From positions 352,001 to 416,000 of the forward strand of contig CAVUWD010000013.1 in NCBI GenBank assembly GCA_963745025.1: 64,000 nucleotides of DNA. Direction: 5' to 3'. A program made the translations under genes and the position numbers. The stretch's first letter is position 1, and every line of letters starts with the position of its first letter. The notes beneath the pieces are model-generated. The model saw only the letters and a list, made by a program, of their open reading frames with translations, searched no databases and was not told the origin of the DNA. Source of the stretch: an uncultured delta proteobacterium. GTDB lineage: Bacteria; Desulfobacterota; Binatia; JACPRU01. Positions 62,162 through 64,000 of this stretch are shown here, piece by piece.

Positions 62162-62920
62162 GTGAGCGACCCGCAACCCACCGCCGTAGACGTCCGAGAG
62201 AGCGTCACGAGCGGCCTGCGCGTCGCCGTCAACCGGCAGATCTTTCGCGGAATACTCTTCAGCATGGGGGCGACCGCCCTGGCGATGGCGCGCCTCGGCG
62301 TGCCGCAGTCAATGATTTGGTCGTTCGCCAAGCTTCAGGCGCGAAACGCCTGCCGCGCCCTCGGCGTGCGCGTGACCATCCGCGGGAAAGAGCTCGCCGC
62401 CGAGGGCGGTCCTTACATCTTCACGCCGAATCACCAGGCGCACATCGACATCGCGGCGCTGCTCGGCTACCTGCCGGGCAACAATCGCTTCGCGTCGAAG
62501 AAGGAGCTCTTCGACGAGCCCGTGCTCGGAGCGGTGATGCGCACCCTCGGCATGCTGCCGGTCGATCGCGACGATCCGATGCAGTCGATCGACGTGCTGA
62601 ACCGCGCGCTGAGAGAGGGGCACTCGATCATCATCTTTCCCGAGGGCACTCGCAGTCGCGACGGCCGCCTGCTGCCGTTCAAGAAAGGAGCGTTCGTGGC
62701 GGCGATCGAGATGGGCTACCCGATCGTGCCGGTGATCGTGAAGGGCACGCGGCGCGTGATGCCGAAGGGCGGCTATCTGTCGATCCACCCGGGCAACGTG
62801 GAGATCGTGGTCAAGCCGCCGATCGCGACGCGCGGCCTCGACTACCACGACCGCGAGCGGCTGCGCGATGCCGTGCGCGAGATCATCGCCGAGGAGTTTT
62901 CGCGGCCGATGGCCGCATGA
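62162..62920 (+). CDS. plsC: 1-acyl-sn-glycerol-3-phosphate acyltransferase (PlsC family)
   Basis: NHQAHID, FPEGTRS, FKKG, PIVPV. Confidence 0.9.
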   Translation: MSDPQPTAVDVRESVTSGLRVAVNRQIFRGILFSMGATALAMARLGVPQSMIWSFAKLQARNACRALGVRVTIRGKELAAEGGPYIFTPNHQAHIDIAALLGYLPGNNRFASKKELFDEPVLGAVMRTLGMLPVDRDDPMQSIDVLNRALREGHSIIIFPEGTRSRDGRLLPFKKGAFVAAIEMGYPIVPVIVKGTRRVMPKGGYLSIHPGNVEIVVKPPIATRGLDYHDRERLRDAVREIIAEEFSRPMAA

Positions 62921-63606
62921 GCGACCTCCCGCCGTCTTATGCCGTGCTGATTCCGGCCCTCGACTGCGCGGCGACGATCGGCGACGTCGTGCGCGGCTGT
63001 CGCGAGCACGTGCCCGTCGTGCTCGTCGTCGATGACGGTTCGAGCGACGCCACGGCGGAGGAGGCCCGCTCGGCCGGCGCCGAGGTCTGCTCGCACGGCG
63101 AGAACCTCGGCAAGGGAGCCGCGCTCCTTTCCGGCCTTCGCCATCTCGCGGAGCGCGGATTCTCCCACGCGGTGAGCCTCGACGGAGACGGACAGCACCT
63201 CCCGTCGGAAATTCCGAAGCTCGTCGCCGAATCGACATCCCATCCGGGGGCGCTCATCACAGGCTCGCGGGAGATCGAGTCGGCGGTCGCCGTCATCAAC
63301 CGCTTCGGCAACGAGTTCGCCAACCTCTGGGTGTGGATCGCCACGGGGCGCGATCTCGGCGATACGCAGTGCGGCCAACGCGTCTATCCGATCGCGCCGA
63401 CGCTTGCGCTCGGCCCCGTAGGTCGCCGCTTCGAGTTCGAGACCGAGATCCTGATCCGTGGCGTGCGCGCAGGGATGGAGATCCGCTCCGTGCCCGTGCG
63501 CGTCTACTACCCCCCGCCCGAGCTCCGCCGCAGCCACTACGACAAGCTCTGGGACACGGTGCGAATCGTCGACATGGTGGTGGGGCTCATGCTGCGGTTG
63601 CGCTGA
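62917..63606 (+). CDS. Glycosyltransferase family 2 protein
   Basis: VLIPA, VDDGSSD, NLGKGAAL, DGDGQH, DTQCG. Confidence 0.93.
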   Translation: MSDLPPSYAVLIPALDCAATIGDVVRGCREHVPVVLVVDDGSSDATAEEARSAGAEVCSHGENLGKGAALLSGLRHLAERGFSHAVSLDGDGQHLPSEIPKLVAESTSHPGALITGSREIESAVAVINRFGNEFANLWVWIATGRDLGDTQCGQRVYPIAPTLALGPVGRRFEFETEILIRGVRAGMEIRSVPVRVYYPPPELRRSHYDKLWDTVRIVDMVVGLMLRLR

Positions 63607-63670
63607 GACAGGCGATCACGTCGCCCGCGTTTCATTCGAGTCCCTCCTGATGCGATAGACGCCCAGCGAG

Positions 63671-63877
63671 TCAATCGTCGGAATCGCCCTGGTCCGAATC
63701 GTCCGATCCGGAATCGTCGGAGGAGGAGCCGTCCGCGTCTTGCGATGTATCGCTGGCGACGCGGTGGCCCTCCGAGATCGCCGCACCCCGCCAGGCCGAT
63801 CGCCGTCCCTCACCCGGCAGGTACAGGCAGAGCACCATCGCCGAGATCGCCATCCAGCCGAAGAACGATGAGGACAT
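63671..63877 (-). CDS. Small hypothetical protein with acidic Ser/Asp tail
   Basis: GAAGGGAG RBS, hydrophobic N-terminus. Confidence 0.45.
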   Translation of the reverse strand: MSSSFFGWMAISAMVLCLYLPGEGRRSAWRGAAISEGHRVASDTSQDADGSSSDDSGSDDSDQGDSDD

Positions 63878-64000
63878 AGAAATCTCCCTTCTCCAGAGCC
63901 ACGCTTCGGGCTCTCGAAGGTCAGACGCTCCAACCCGCGAATCGGTTTACCGCAAAAAGGGGGCCAGGCCCGTTTCTATCGTTTGCGGATTCTTTCCAAC

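Overview
GC-rich bacterial chromosomal window. Gene content (mfd-surA-pdxA, ppiD, DUF4911, korAB, LLM/SDR/MaoC/thiolase genes) suggests a Deltaproteobacteria-like organism, possibly Candidatus Binatia; this is inference only. The left part (1-24.5 kb) is accessory. It holds a two-component pair with a divergent porin and small binding protein, a TetR-linked B12-dependent acyl-CoA mutase operon with a non-canonical active site, nnrS/osmC/rhodanese/nitroreductase, gene relics (a frameshifted cytochrome c and a yccU::metY deletion scar before metX), a GcvT-family oxidoreductase plus hydantoinase A/B cassette, and a VapBC pair. The rest is mostly housekeeping: a thiolase/OB-fold/MaoC cluster, bolA, dedA, LysR, a VOC-EVE fusion, mfd-surA-pdxA-uvrA, iscS-iscA, frameshifted korAB, pepA, ferredoxin, csp, ppiD, tatBC and an acyltransferase/B12-radical-SAM/GT2 lipid cluster. 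Ten copies of an intergenic palindromic element with heptamer (GGCTACC)n arms and a GGCAAAGACT core are spread through the window, and there is a separate 54-bp tandem repeat. No rRNA, tRNA, CRISPR array, transposase or integrase was recognised. All protein calls come from motif recognition without database searches.
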